NCBI GenBank assembly: GCA_028534125.1
Contig: CM052817.1
Coordinates: 101,434,001-101,498,000 of the forward strand
DNA: 64,000 nucleotides
Reading direction: 5' to 3'
From: Lama glama
Lineage: Eukaryota
Shown here: positions 51,338-63,775 of the stretch, piece by piece
How positions within the stretch are numbered: the stretch's first letter is position 1
How the letters are laid out: each line of letters opens with the position of its first letter
Notes under the pieces: model-generated
What the model was told of the DNA's origin: nothing
Database searches by the model: none
What the model saw: the letters and a program-made list of their open reading frames with translations, nothing else
Position numbers and translations under genes: made by a program

Positions 51338-52681
51338 GTGAGGACGACCAGGTGACAGGGCGGCTGCGGGCTTGCGAGCGAGCAGAGGCCCGGAGGCCGC
51401 CGGCCCCCCGGCGGCACCGACGCTCGGGCCACTTTGCAAGGCAAATAAACGGTCGGCCGAGCCTTAACACCTGGCAGCGGTGGCCTGCCCGGCCTCCTCC
51501 CGCGCCATGTGACAGGCCGTGAGTCACGCCCGCCCCAAGTTCAGGAGGTGGGAGCCCAGGCCACCTCAGCAGGGCTGCGGCCAGCGGCGGCGGTGCCGAG
51601 GGGAAGGGCGGGCCCCGCGGCCGCCTGTGGGCTGGGGTGGGCGAGGGACCCGTGCCCTGATCTCTGCGTGAGCCGTGCTGTGTGCCTGAGGACCACAGGC
51701 ACAATATAGAATATTGATTTCAGAAATGTTAGTGAATGGTACTCACCATTAGCGTTAAGTAGCTTTGGGATGGAGATGTGACTTTAAAGGATTGTAATCT
51801 TGGATTTTTTCCAAGTACCTTTAATTCGTGTTAGAATACACCCTCCTGTTAAGAACCTGAATTTCAGGTTTTGGGGTTTTTTCCCCCCTATAGGATATAA
51901 TGATTGCATGTGGAAAAATCATTGCTAACAATTTGTTGGGCATCTGGCATCATACAGGGTTCACTGCTGCCACAGATACAGGACTGCAAAGCTGTTGTGT
52001 TTCAGGTTTAACTTTTAGCTGAGATTCTCATTGACTGCAGATGTGCACACTGAAATATCATGTTGGCTGTTTTTCAGCAGCAGCAGTAGTAACCTCAAAT
52101 GCATGTTTTTTTTTTTTTGGTGGGGGGAGTATTTTGAATTACAAAGAAATATTCAGCTTGTGTGCCGTGATTTTTCAGATGTTCATTACTTCCCACATTG
52201 GTGGCAGCACTTAATTCTATGTTGTCTCTTGTGCCTGTTCAGAAAACAGGATGTCTAGCTGTAACTTGACTGGAGTGCACTTTTACATTTCAGTGTTCTC
52301 CCTCCTGTGTGAAGCGTTTAGAGTGCTGGTTTTGAGATATTTGGAATATTCCTTTTAACCGGGCTAATGAATAACAGCTTCAAGGTAGAGAGGTGATTTT
52401 TAGAGGAAAAATTTCCTGAACCTTCCTTGAAGGCCAGCGGGCTGAATGGGACCAGTCCTTGGAGAAAAAGCCCCATCAGGATGGGGAGCAAATAGTTTGT
52501 CCTTCTCCTAAAAGTTTATTCTTAAGTGGATTTTTTTCCTGATTGTAGTTAGCAGATATATAGAATATAGAAAGAGAAAAAGAACGGAATAGAAATCATG
52601 CAGTTCCTGCTGCGAGAATCACACTTAACATTTGACATATTCACTTTTAAAGAAATACAGTGTAGTTGTGTTTGTGTGTGT

Positions 52682-52900
52682 CAGAGTTTTCAGCAGAGGC
52701 GTTAGTGACTGGAGAACTCCTTATTGTGGGGGACTGTCCTGGGCACTGTAGGCTGCTGAGCAGTTAGGGCATCTCTGCCTCTACCCGCTAGATACCAGTG
52801 GCACTCCCTCCCCCACCCCCCAAGTAGTGACAGCTAAAAATGTCTCCAGACATTGCCAGATGTCCCTGGGGAGCAGGATTGCCCGGGTTGAGAAGCACTG
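52682..52900. mobile_element. MER20 hAT-Charlie MITE
   Basis: tgtgggggactgtcctgggcactgtagg..aaaaatgtctccagacattgccagatgtccctggg..ttgagaagcactg. Confidence 0.85.
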
Positions 52901-53879
52901 GTGTATATCTATACATATTTGCATTTTCACTCAGTTGTGGCCTCTGCCTCTTACTGGTTAGTCTTAGAAGCCAACTCAGACAGAAAGGAAAGGAGATTAG
53001 AGACTTTCATTTGTTACAGCGGTAGTTGAAATCAGTCGCTGTGCTCAGAGGTGGACATGTCAGAGCCTCTGATGTGGTTAATGATTTTATTTATAGGCTC
53101 CAAAGTTATTTTATACAATTCTTAATTTCTGGTTTTGTTTATATGTATAATGCAGTTTGTTTTGGGGAAAAAATAGCATTTGGAAGCCGTCTTTCTGGGC
53201 TACTTGTTACAGAAGCATTTATAGCTATTTTAATCAAAGCTATATTGAAAGTGAAACTGGTATTCAAAGTAATTTTCTAAATATTTCATCTCTGTCTAGA
53301 TGCATATTTTTAGGGACTGTTTTACCTGGTTGTGGGTGAAGATATATATGGGTCTGTCTATTTATCTATCTGAACTGCATATATATTTCTCTCTAAACTG
53401 CACATGTGTATGTGTGTGTTTTCTGAAGACAGTTATTTTTAGGGAATTCTTTTCAAAGTATTTTGAATTTTTTTTCAGAGAAGGTTCCCTCATGTGTATC
53501 ACAGAGTCTGTTAAAAAGAGAACAATTATAGGTGTTATTTAAATTTGAGGGTTTTCTCCTTGATTAATTTGTAAGTTGGCTTCCTTTCAGGAAGACTTAA
53601 AGATGGCCTTGGAAACTAAGATTTGTCAGTGATAGGTGACGTAGGAGCATCAGAAGGTGTGCATTAAAACGTTGAGTACTGACATTTGCCACCACTAATT
53701 ATTTATACAGTTACCTATTTTGAAAATGTTTTCTGTAGATTGGGCCTTTTTTTTTCTTTTTTTTTTTTCTTGTCCTTGTTCTTTTTTCTAGTGAGTCTCT
53801 CTGAAGTAATCAAGAACTTGAAAAATGCATTACTAGTAAAATCAAATATTACAGTTGAATACTTATAAACTGCCAGGCT

Positions 53880-54045
53880 TATAAATCCCTCTGGCCAGGC
53901 CTCCAGGATTTGACTCATCGCTCCATCCCTTTTCACCTCCTGTCCTCGGTTTCTTCATCTGCAAAATGGGGTGAATAGCAGTGCTAGTCTCAGAGGATTT
54001 TGTGAGGATTAAGTACCTGGAACTTAGCACTTAGTATAGGTCACC
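53880..54045 (+). mobile_element. MIR SINE
   Basis: cctcggtttcttcatctgcaaaatggggtgaatagc..ttgtgaggattaa. Confidence 0.75.
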
Positions 54046-54460
54046 TATTACTTTGGCAGTATCTCAACTGACCCCTGGATTTGGTCATTGGAGAGCACGG
54101 AACAGCTTTCCTGCTTTGAAGGGCCTGAAGCAGTGCAAACAGCTCAGTACTGTTTTGTGCCCAATAATTGCATAGGTAAGTTACGTTATTCACATCTTTT
54201 TGTTATATACTCTTTGATGTGGTAAAATATTTTGGTCTAGGAACATTAAAAGCTCTATCAATGGTGATAATAAGAAGAAGGAAGGAAAAAAACATGTGAT
54301 TTTATTTTTAGATTTACAGAATTTTTCCCTCTCCTCTGACTCTACTTCACTGCCCTCACCCCAAAGTGGTGATATTACAGAAACCAAACAAATGTTTTCA
54401 TCAGCTCATTGGCAAGAAGTAATTGTGTGTGTGCAAGATACTGCTTTGTGCGCCTTCTGC

Positions 54461-54603
54461 CTTTTTTTTTTTTTTTTAGGAGTGAGTGGGGAGGTAATTA
54501 GGTTTATTATTTATTTATTTTTAGAGGAGGTACTGAGGCTTGAACCCAGGACCCCGTGCATAGAAAGCATACACTGTACCACTTGAGCTATACCCTCCCC
54601 CTG
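54461..54603 (-). mobile_element. tRNA-Ala-derived SINE (Vic-1-like), long form
   Basis: Poly(T), gaggtaattaggtttatt, then reversed head ..acttgagctataccctcccc; imperfect TSD GTGC(G/A)CCTTC. Confidence 0.88.
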
Positions 54604-55140
54604 GTGCACCTTCCGACTCCACTTCAGGATGAGAACCTTCTGTGATTCCCTGTGACCCACTCGACTTGGCTCTGGCCCTCGGGGCCTTTTGCGCTCTGAC
54701 CTTGTCTGCAGCTCCGGTCAGTCCTCTGGGCTGCTCCCTCCAGCTTGCACCTTGGCCAGGCAGATCCAGCGGTTCCCTGCTGAATGAAAGCACAAATGCT
54801 CCTACCCCGTGGTTCGTCCAGGACTGGTCCTTCCTGACTCCCAGCCTGGCAGTGCCACTGTTACCGTCACTGTTCCTCTTCCCTCCTGGACTTTCTTGAG
54901 AGTCTGGATGTTTTCTTTGTTTTGCGGATGCCTTGTTGCCCTAACTGGAATCCCTTTAAGAGTGTTTGGGTTCCCTGTTGTGGCCACGATGTTGGGCATA
55001 TAGTAGGCATTCTAGGGTAAGCGCATGCGTTCTTCCTGGTGGAGAGGCAGTGGTCAGAGTCTTGTCCAGTTCCCCTGAAGATGGCAGGTAGAGTGTCTTA
55101 AGGGTTGAGTTCCTATTATTGGTTACTAACCACACTTTTG

Positions 55141-55268
55141 TTTTGTTTTTGGTTGGGGGCCGTAATTAGATTTATTTATTTATTTTTCTAATGGACGTAC
55201 TGGGGATTGAACCAAGGACCCCATGCGTGCTAAGCACGCGATCTACCACTGAGCTAGACCCTCCCCTC
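55141..55268 (-). mobile_element. tRNA-Ala-derived SINE (Vic-1-like), long form
   Basis: gtactggggattgaaccaaggacc..ctaccactgagctagaccctcccc; imperfect TSD taa(c/t)caca(c/t)tttg. Confidence 0.85.
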
Positions 55269-55789
55269 TAATAATCACATTTTGGTATCAGGTCTAGCAG
55301 CAAGAAGGGCAGTGTAGAATTTGTTCATTTAATCCATTCACTCCTGAGGCCCCTGGCTGGGTCTGGGACGCGGACCTTGGTGCTGAGTGGGAGCAGCTGT
55401 CACCTGCTGAGAGCACGTTGGTCTGGTTTGGGATGGGGAGGCTCGGGGCTCTCCTGGCCTTGTTGGTCCATCTGGCAAACACCTGACATGGGCCTGGCCC
55501 AGATAGGCCCTGCAGGCCAGTGACGAATAAGAAAGTTTCTGCCTTTACAAGTCCCACATCTTGTTTATTTTAGTCCCTTAAGCCTGAGAGTGAAGATAAC
55601 GGAAACTGGTAGAAAGTGAAACAGGAAATGGCACCCGAGTGGCTCAGGTACTGAGTTACGTAACAGCATCTCGCGCCAGTCCAGGAAGCACTGACTAGTG
55701 TTTGGAAATCTTTTTGTCATAGAGACTTCTTATTGGTTGAATCACCTTCCACTGTTAACATAAAAAAAAAAACAACTAACAGGGGTTGA

Positions 55790-55985
55790 ATACCATTGGC
55801 ATTGTTGAAGTGCTTTACAAGTATTAACTCATGTTAATACACTAAAAAGTATGACGTGTTGTGAGCTGATTTTAGATAAGGAAATGGAGGCACCCAGTAG
55901 GTAAATGACTTGCCCAAGGTGACAAGGGAGTGGCAGTGGTGGGGTTTGAACCCAGGAGGTGTTTAGCTCCAGAGCCTAAGCTTCT
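55790..55985 (-). mobile_element. MIR SINE
   Basis: gtgctttacaagtattaactcat..gataaggaaatggaggcac..gacttgcccaaggt..tttgaacccagg. Confidence 0.8.
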
Positions 55986-56134
55986 GTATTGTCTGAGTTT
56001 TAGGAGTCTGACCATAAAGTGGTATTGTGGTGAATAAAGTTCCTGTGTCTCAGAGAAATAATTTCATGTTCTGTGTTGAGTTAGGAAAATTTTCTTTATG
56101 ATGTTAAAAAGAATAGTTCCATCTACTGGTATTT

Positions 56135-57000
56135 TTAAATTTTATTTTTATTGAAAAAAATGTTTTATTGAGGTATAAGTAACGTGTTATATTAATTTCA
56201 GGTGATTCTGTATTTGGAGAGATTGCAAAATGATCACCGCAATAAGTCTAGATAATGTCCATCACCATAGAGAGTTACAAATTTTTTCTGTCTTGCGATG
56301 AGAACTTTTAAGATTTTCTGTGTTAGTAACCTTCAAATATGCAATAGAGTATTATTACCTATAATCATCATGCTGTACATTTCACCCCCATGACTTATTT
56401 TATAAATGGAAGCTTGTGCCTTTTGATGCCTTTCATCTCTTCTACCCACCCCCCACCCCCTGTTTCTGGCAACCACTAATCTGTTCTCTGTATCTTTGAG
56501 CTTGGTGGTTTATTTTTTATTAAGATTCCATAAAAAAGTGAGGTCATATGGAATTTGCCTTTCTCTGTCTGACTTATTTCACTTAACATAATGCTCTTGA
56601 GATCCATTCATGTTGTCCCAAATGTTAAGATTTCATTCTTTTTCATGGCTGAATAATATTCCATTGTATATATATACACCATATCTTCTTTATCCAGTCA
56701 TCTACTAATGGACACTTGGCTACTGTAAATAGTGCTGCGGTGAACATAGGTGTGTGTATATATTTTCAAATTAGTGTTTTAGTTTTCTTTGGATAAATAC
56801 CCAGAAGTGGGATTGCTGGAGCATATGGTAGTTCTATTTTTAAGTTTTTGAGGAACTTCCATACTGTTTTCCACAGGGGCTGCACCAGCTTGCAATCCCA
56901 GCAACAGTGCTCGAGGGCTCCCTTTTCTCCACATCCTCACCAGCCTTTGTTAACTCTTGTCTGTTTCATGAGAGCCGTCTGACAGATGTGAGGTGATATC
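56135..57000 (-). mobile_element. L1 3' region (L1MA9-like)
   Basis: Continuous antisense L1 3' UTR/ORF2 end (ggataaatacccagaagtgggattgctgg..gtgaggtgatatc). Confidence 0.85.
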
Positions 57001-57867
57001 CACTAGTATTTAAACAGCTGGACTCTACTTAGCCCCGCAGACATTCATGAACATGTACTGAGGGCCAAGCACTGTTTCAGGCTCTGAGGCTGTCACAGGG
57101 AACCAAAAAAGAAACCCCATTGCCCTCGTGGAGCTGGCAGTTTAGTGGAGGCATGTAGATAATAAATAGGAACTAGACCCAGTTGTGAGTTACATAGTCT
57201 GTTACAAGGGCATCAGGACTGTGTGGTAGCAGACTGGAGGAAGACTCGGGTGATAGGAGTTTTGATTTTAATTTAAGAGGTCAAGGCAGATCTCTTTGAG
57301 AGGGCCTGTTTTTGATATTTGAGCCAACCCCTGAAAGCAGTGAGAGAATTAGAATAGCTCATGCAAGGGCCCTGAGGCACTGTCAAGAGGGAGTGGGGAG
57401 AAGTTACAGGGTTTGGTTTCTGACCTTTGAGAGCTTGGTGGTGGTGGGGAGATAAGGCCGGGTTCAAGTGCTGAAATGTAGATACTGAGGGGAGAGAGGA
57501 GCTGTGTGTGTTGGTGGGTCTGTTAAGGCTCTTGGGAGAGCGGGGCCACTTAGAGACCTGCATTGGCCTGGAACCTCACGTGGGTGTGTATGCTGAGGTT
57601 TTGAATGGGAGCCAGCACGTCTGCTGAAGTGTGGTTGTAGAGATTGGGATCAGTGTGTTAAGTTCAAGTGATAGTTGCTCAAGTCCAGGTTCAGGAGCTT
57701 GGAGTGTACCTGACTAGAGGTTAGGCAGCCATGGTAGGTTCTTGAGCAGAGATTAACACGACGATCTTGACTCCTGGGTCCATACTGTGCAGGTGGGAAG
57801 TAATGACTGATGTTGAGGAAGGTTGGTTCCTCGTTGACACACAGGATGGGTTGAAGGCAGCAGTCTT

Positions 57868-58315
57868 TTTTAAAACAATTTTTAATTGAGATATAATTGA
57901 TGTGCAATATACATATGTTTCAGGTGTATAACATAGTGATCATAATTTTTGAAACTTATATTCCATTTATAATTATTATGAAATATTGGCTAGATTCCCT
58001 GTGCTGTGCAATACATCCTTGTAGCTTATTTATCTTATACATAGTAGTTTGTATCTCTTAGTCCCCTACCCCTGTCTTCCCTCTTCTCATTGGTAACTTC
58101 TAGTTTATTCTCTGTATCCGTGAATCTTTCTTTTTTTGTTATATTTACTAGTTTGTCTAATTTTTTAGATGCCACGTATAAATGATATCATCATATGGTA
58201 TTTGTCTTTCTCTGGCTTATTTCACCAAGCATAACCTCCAAGTCTATCCATATTGTTGTAAATGGCAAAATTTCATCATTTTTAATAGCTGAGTTATATT
58301 CCATTGTGTGTATGT

Positions 58316-58350
<35 letters not shown>

Positions 58351-58648
58351 AACATTTAAATATATATTCCTCATCTTCTTTACCCATTCATCTGTTGATG
58401 GACACTTAAGCTGCTTCCATGTCTTGGCTATTGTAAATTGTGCTGCTGTGAACATTGGGGTGCACGTATCTTTTCAAATTAGTGTTTTCATTTTTTCTTG
58501 ATGTATACCCAAGAGTGGAATTGCTGGATCATATGGTAGTTTTGCTTTTAGTTTTCTGAGAAACCCTATACTGTTCTCCATAGTGGCTGTACCAATTTAC
58601 CATCCCACCAATAGTGCATGAGGGTTCCCTTTTCTCCCTGTCCTTGAG
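57868..58648 (-). mobile_element. L1 3' region with internal (CA)n at 58318-58348
   Basis: TSD AGGCAGC(A/C)GTCTT at 57855-57867 and 58649-58661. Confidence 0.88.
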
Positions 58649-59850
58649 AGGCAGCCGTCTTAAACAGAATGACAAGCCCGTCTGCGGTGGTAATGCAGGC
58701 CTGGGCTACTGAAGGCTTGGTCTAATTTGCTGGCAGACAGGATGGAGGACAGTCTGAACTTTATTTCCGATGAGTGGGGAAGTCCTCATGCTTGGAGATA
58801 AAGGAGACCAGTGTAAGATGACCTTAAGCTTTGCCCAGGGGTCAAGGAGTATGATGGCATCCTGAACAGAAGGAGGCCCTTGGCAGGGACCCCTGCCTTT
58901 GAGAAGTCTGGTATGGGTCATAATCGTCTCTGGGGACACAAAGTGCGTATATCCTGGAGGTTCTGGCAGTAGGGCTGGAGCTGTAAACGAATTCATCTGA
59001 CACGGACCGTGGAGTCCCTGGCATGTGCTGGACACGGCTCGGTGCTGTGCTGACCAGAGCCACCCGAGCCTTGGCTCTTGTGGGAGGATAGGCTTTTGTT
59101 GAGTATCTGCATGTGTGATTGAGCAGTTGGGGCCGGAGGCTGGGGTTTGGTCTGATGGTTGCCAGCGTAGGTCAGCATTTGGAGGGCATTAGTGGAGAGG
59201 GGTCTGGGCCCAGGAGGACTGGCAGTGATGGGGAGGAAGAGGGCAGTGTGACCAAGAGAAGCTGGAGGAACAGGAAGGGTCGGTATTCCCGAAGCCGCTG
59301 AGCTTGGGGAAGACTCTTCCGTCACCAGCGCATCTGCCAGGCAGACAGCAGTGAAGCGTTTAACTGGATCTGCCCTTCCGTTTCTGTTGCAAGTGCCTTT
59401 CCTTTTCCCCGCCCAGTGTGTGAGTTTTGGTCCCATTTTGGCCCGGGCAGTCTCGGAGAAGATGTTGAAAGTCTTTTCGAGTATGATATGTATGCCACGT
59501 ATAATGTTATCAGCCTTTTTACGTTGGTGTCACAATATACCAGGGGTTCATTTGGAGGAGTCTGAGCTAAACAGTGCATTTTTGATATTGGGGGATTTGA
59601 ATTATCATTAAATTTTATCTCATGTGATTAAACTTAAACATCAGAGAAAGGCTCGTGGAGAGAGGAGTTTTGTCGAATTTTGAGATTATGTTTTGGCCGT
59701 GATTTTAATAGGTAGAATGTTTACTTACAATGACTATCTAAGGGATCACTTGGCAATTTATGGCTTTTAGTGGTGTCATTCTAATGTCATTCTTTTTTCC
59801 AGTAAATATTCATTGAATGTCTGTGAGATTTTTTAAAAATTGTATTTGCA

Positions 59851-60414
59851 TTCTTCTTTTAATTGACATATAGCCAGTTTACAATGTGTCAATTTCTGGT
59901 GCACAGCATAGTGTTTCAGTCATACATATACATACATATGTTCATTTTCATATTCTTTTTCATTATAGCTTATTACAAGATGTTGAATATAGTTCCCTAT
60001 GCTATACAGTAGGACCTTGTTGTTTATCTATTTTATATACATTAGCATCTGTAAATTTCAAATTCCCAATTTATCTTTTCCCACCTCCTTTACCCCCTGG
60101 TAACCATAAGTTTGTTCTGTCTGTGAGTCTGTTTCTGTTTTATAAATAAGTTCGTTTGTGTCTTTTTTTTTTTAAGATTCCACATATGAGTGACATATGG
60201 TATTTTTCTTTTTCTGGCTTACTTCATTTAGGATGACAATCTCCGGGTGCATCCATGTCACTGCAGATGGCATTATTTTATTCTGTTTTATGGCTGAGTA
60301 GTATTCCATTGTATAAATACACCACAACTTCTCTATCCAGTCATCTGTTGATGGACATTTAGGTTGTTTCCATGTCTTGGCTATTGTAAATCGTGCTGCT
60401 GTGAACATTGGGGT
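59851..60414 (-). mobile_element. Young L1 3' end with the canonical tail
   Basis: Minus-strand ORF PMFTAARFTIAKTWKQPKCPSTDDWIEKLW is the L1 ORF2 C-terminus, followed by a complete 3' UTR; serves as the internal reference for the chimeric copies. Confidence 0.9.
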
Positions 60415-60518
60415 CATCACCCCTGTGAGAGTTGAAGAACAGTTTTTTATTTGTTTTGTTGTATTGGAGATTTCATGTTCCTTTGAAACAACTGTTAAAG
60501 CATTGTCTTTCTCAATAG

Positions 60519-60562
60519 GGTGATTCTGAAGAGGATGTGGAGGACCATTCTCAAGAGCAAAG
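60519..60562 (+). CDS. TMEM131L: TMEM131L coding exon 3 (44 bp); gene continues beyond the window
   Basis: ctttctcaatag acceptor, gtaagg donor; phase 0 GDSEEDVEDHSQEQ(S), similar to recalled human GDSEEGLEEPSQEQS. Confidence 0.9.
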
Positions 60563-60809
60563 GTAAGGAAAAAAATGGGAGCAAATACATGCTGAATTTC
60601 CTTGCCTGCTAGGATGCTATCTGAAGTCTTGGCCTATGTCTGTGTTTGTATATCTAACATTATCTGTGATGTACCTTTGTCTTTGGCATTGGGGTGTCTG
60701 TACTCTCTAATAATTAATATGACTTTGTTTAAAATAAGGTTGCACAGAAAGCTGTTAAAACACCCCCTCCTCCCACACCAACTTCACTTCTCCTTGGCGT
60801 GCTTACACC

Positions 60810-61305
60810 TTCCTTCTTGTTTACAAACATCTATGGAGCATCAGGCATGGTGCTGGGTGCTGGACTTAAAACATTGACCAAGACCTGTTTGTGTGTAATA
60901 GAGAAGTCAGACATTATTGTAAAAAAAAATTATGCTTATAATAAGAACTATCAAGAATTAGATTTCTGTAGAAGAGAGTAATGAGGTGGATAGGATGGTC
61001 AGGTGGTCAGAGGTGACAGCTGAAGCCTGGAGGATGTGTGGGAGCAGCCATTCAGCAGGTGGAGGGAATGGCAGGGGCAAAGGCCCTGTGGTAGGAAGCG
61101 CTGGCAGCAATCCAGGAACTTGGGGCAGGCAATGTGGTTTTGTTAGGATAGTGAGATGAGGCTACAGTAAAGAGGCTGGGTTTTATTATTATTATTATTT
61201 TTAATGTTTTTTAAGTGTGGGATAAGTTGTCAAAAGATTTAAAGCAGGGACTAGCAAATCAAAAGATGAAAATTAAATTTTTAAGAGACTGCTTTGGCCA
61301 TAGGG
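60810..61305 (-). mobile_element. L2 LINE fragment
   Basis: caaacatctatggagcatcaggcatggtgctgggtgctgg..ggcaaaggccctgtggtagga..ttttaagagactgctttggc. Confidence 0.65.
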
Positions 61306-62335
61306 CAGTCTTGGTTAGTTGTCAAACTGGGATATCTGTTAAACTGGGGTACATGAAGATGCTAAGTGGTACCTGGGCATGGGGATAACTTTCAGAGGAT
61401 CAGCTTTTAATCCCCAACATTTGTATATTCTCCTGAAACTAATCTGTCTGTAGGTTGCAAGTTGTCCTTTTTCATGTCTTCTTTTTCAATCTCACATCTC
61501 CACTTCGCCAAAGAAGGGCATACCTCTTACCCAGCCCTGATCCTGCTATGTGCTTCATCTTGGCGAAGGGACAGTGTGAAATATTGGTTAGGAGAAAGCA
61601 GTTTAACTCTGATTGGATGACAGATTCATTTGTAACTCTGGTGGTTTTCAAATCTCTCTGTAAAATTGAAGGCGGACCCGATCAAATTGGCAGTTATTAG
61701 ACCATCAAAAGTTCTTTTCAATGATAGATAAAGTGATTTTTGGATAAAGTGCTGAGGGAGTTTAGAGAATCTAGGGCCAGTGCTATACAAAGCTGCTTCC
61801 TGAATCACATCTACTTGTGTGAACAAGCTTTTCCAGTGCTTACATTCAAACCAAACAAACAAAAAAAAAAAACCGAGGACGGTAAGACGAACTTGGTGCC
61901 AATCACTCCTGTCTCATTCTAGCAGTAATACTGACATGAACCAGTTAGGGGGAAGACAGGTCCATCCATCTCATTAAAGGATGCATTTTTAATAAAATGT
62001 GAATTTGTATGTTCAGTTACCCATCCAAATTTGTGAAACTTGTTGGTTTGATAAGTTGTGTGCTAATCAAAATTACATTGATAATTCAGAAGAAAAAAAA
62101 TTTAAGATCTCGACCCTATGGTCACAGGAAATCTCAATTTACAGTTTTGTTGAATAAGGCTTTGAATGTAAAATATATATTACTTTCAAATTCTTTGTGG
62201 GACTTCTCAGCAAGAGAGGAAAGAAAGCCTCTCTGTATATTTTCAAAAATGGATGATGACAGATGTCATTGCAGTGTTATTTAGAGTCCTTTGAATATGT
62301 TTGAAAAAGTGTGAGTTTTATGAAAAACGCTGATA
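61306..62335 (+). mobile_element. Charlie-type hAT transposon remnant with decayed transposase C-terminus
   Basis: YLCEQAFPVLTFK at ~61810-61850 and a terminal HPSH-stop at ~61963-61977 resemble the hAT/Charlie dimerization-domain end; frameshifted. Confidence 0.6.
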
Positions 62336-62978
62336 TTTACAGTACGCCAGAAATTACATTCTTTGCAAACATTTAAATGCAGAGTGTAACACCTTAAATA
62401 CTGGAGTCACTTAACTATATGGGGCAGGGTTCAGAGTTTGTCACAGTCTTGTATGAGGGTCTGGAAGCAAGAAACACTGAGCAGTGCTGGTGGTGGTTCC
62501 GGCTGGGCTGGCGGTGGTGGGGACGGAGGTGCGAGGAGGGGTCTGAGATGAATTTCTGTTGACTTGGTCGTGGAGAGGGAGAGAGGAAAACCGTGGAGGG
62601 CTTCTGGAATTCCAGTTCAGCATCTAGGGAGAGGATGACTGTGATGGGAGAGGATCTAGTGGGAAAGAGATCAGCCCGCTTGGCTGTCTTCTCGGAATCT
62701 CAGGCTTGATGGAACACGTCCCGGGGAGGGGGCAGGTGGGCAGGGGAGGTGAGCGTGGAGCTGGGAAGGCCCGGGTTGGGCTCCGGGGGCCTTGTGTGTG
62801 TGCCTTGGCCCTGGTTTTCCTCTTTTCCAGGTGTAGTTCTCCTCTTTCTTATGAATGAGAACCAGTTTCTTTTCACCAACTTCCCATCGCAGGTAAAGGT
62901 ATTAAGTCAGATTTTATCCTTGTTGCTGGTTTGACATAGATTATCAGAGTGAAGGTGTGGGAGTGAGGGAGATTGAGT

Positions 62979-63775
62979 CAGTGGCTTTCAAGCCTTTTGA
63001 CAGTGACTCACAGTAAAAGATACATTTTACATCACCATTGCTTACGCACCCAAAGGCAACCTGTGTGGATGTATGAATATGTCCCTGCATGCTTATTTAT
63101 TTATGTATAAAATAGTGCTTACTCTTGCTACCTGTGGTGTCCTCTATTTTCTATTTCATTTTTTTTATTGTGGCAAAATATATATATTTACCATTTTGGC
63201 CATTTTTAAGTGTAGAGTTCTGTATATTAGGTAAATTCACATTGTTGTGCAACCATCACGACCATCTGTCCATGGAACTTGTTTTGTTTCTTTTTATGTG
63301 TATTTTTTTTCCTTTTTCATTTTTAATAGGTGGAATGATTACAGTTTGCATACATATACATTATGTTGCATGTCAATACATATATACAGTGCACTGCATT
63401 TTTTTTTTTAGTTTACATATATGTACATTGTTTCTAAGAACAGATTAGAGCTTTGGCTTTTTAAATTTACATAGTTATCAAAGGAGTAAAGCCAACCACA
63501 AAATGAGAATCAACAGAATGCAGTAATCCAATATTAAAGGACAGTCAAATATGCTTATGCATATTCAAGAAATCAGTCATCTAAGCTATAAATAATAAGT
63601 AGTTCATTTGTTTTTAAGTGTAGAGTTCTATGGTATTAAATAAGTTCACATTGTTTGTAACCATCATGACCATCTGTCCAGGGAACTTTTTTATTTCATT
63701 CAAAAAATGCTAGTTGCCACAGCTGAGTTGATTTCAAAACTCCTTAATCATGATTCACAGTTTGGTCAGCCCTGA
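62979..63775. mobile_element. hAT MITE (MER119-like) split by an L1MB-like 3' fragment (~63160-63700)
   Basis: Left end cagtggctttcaagccttttgacagtgactcacagtaaaagatacattttacatc; right end ttgatttcaaaac..cacagtttggtcagccctg. Confidence 0.55.
63291..63610 (-). mobile_element. Chimeric L1 3'-UTR / foreign-tail retroelement, copy 3 (truncated just past the junction)
   Basis: T-rich end, TTTAAT (ATTAAA on the minus strand) at 63322-63327, tail colinear with 2896-3190 and with the reverse complement of 24475-24760; flanked by a ~88-bp direct repeat. Confidence 0.85.

Larger units (their letters stand above)
49720..51670. promoter_or_regulatory. TMEM131L: CpG-island promoter of TMEM131L spanning exons 1-2, with a dense GC-box (GGGCGG) cluster at ~50284-50372
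   Basis: Very high GC and CpG density, tandem GGGGCGGGG motifs just upstream of the ATG, no obvious TATA box. Confidence 0.9.

Noticed and set aside
61740..61977. Possible domesticated hAT transposase gene
   Set aside because: Only a short frameshifted C-terminal remnant with no long ORF; treated as a fossil.
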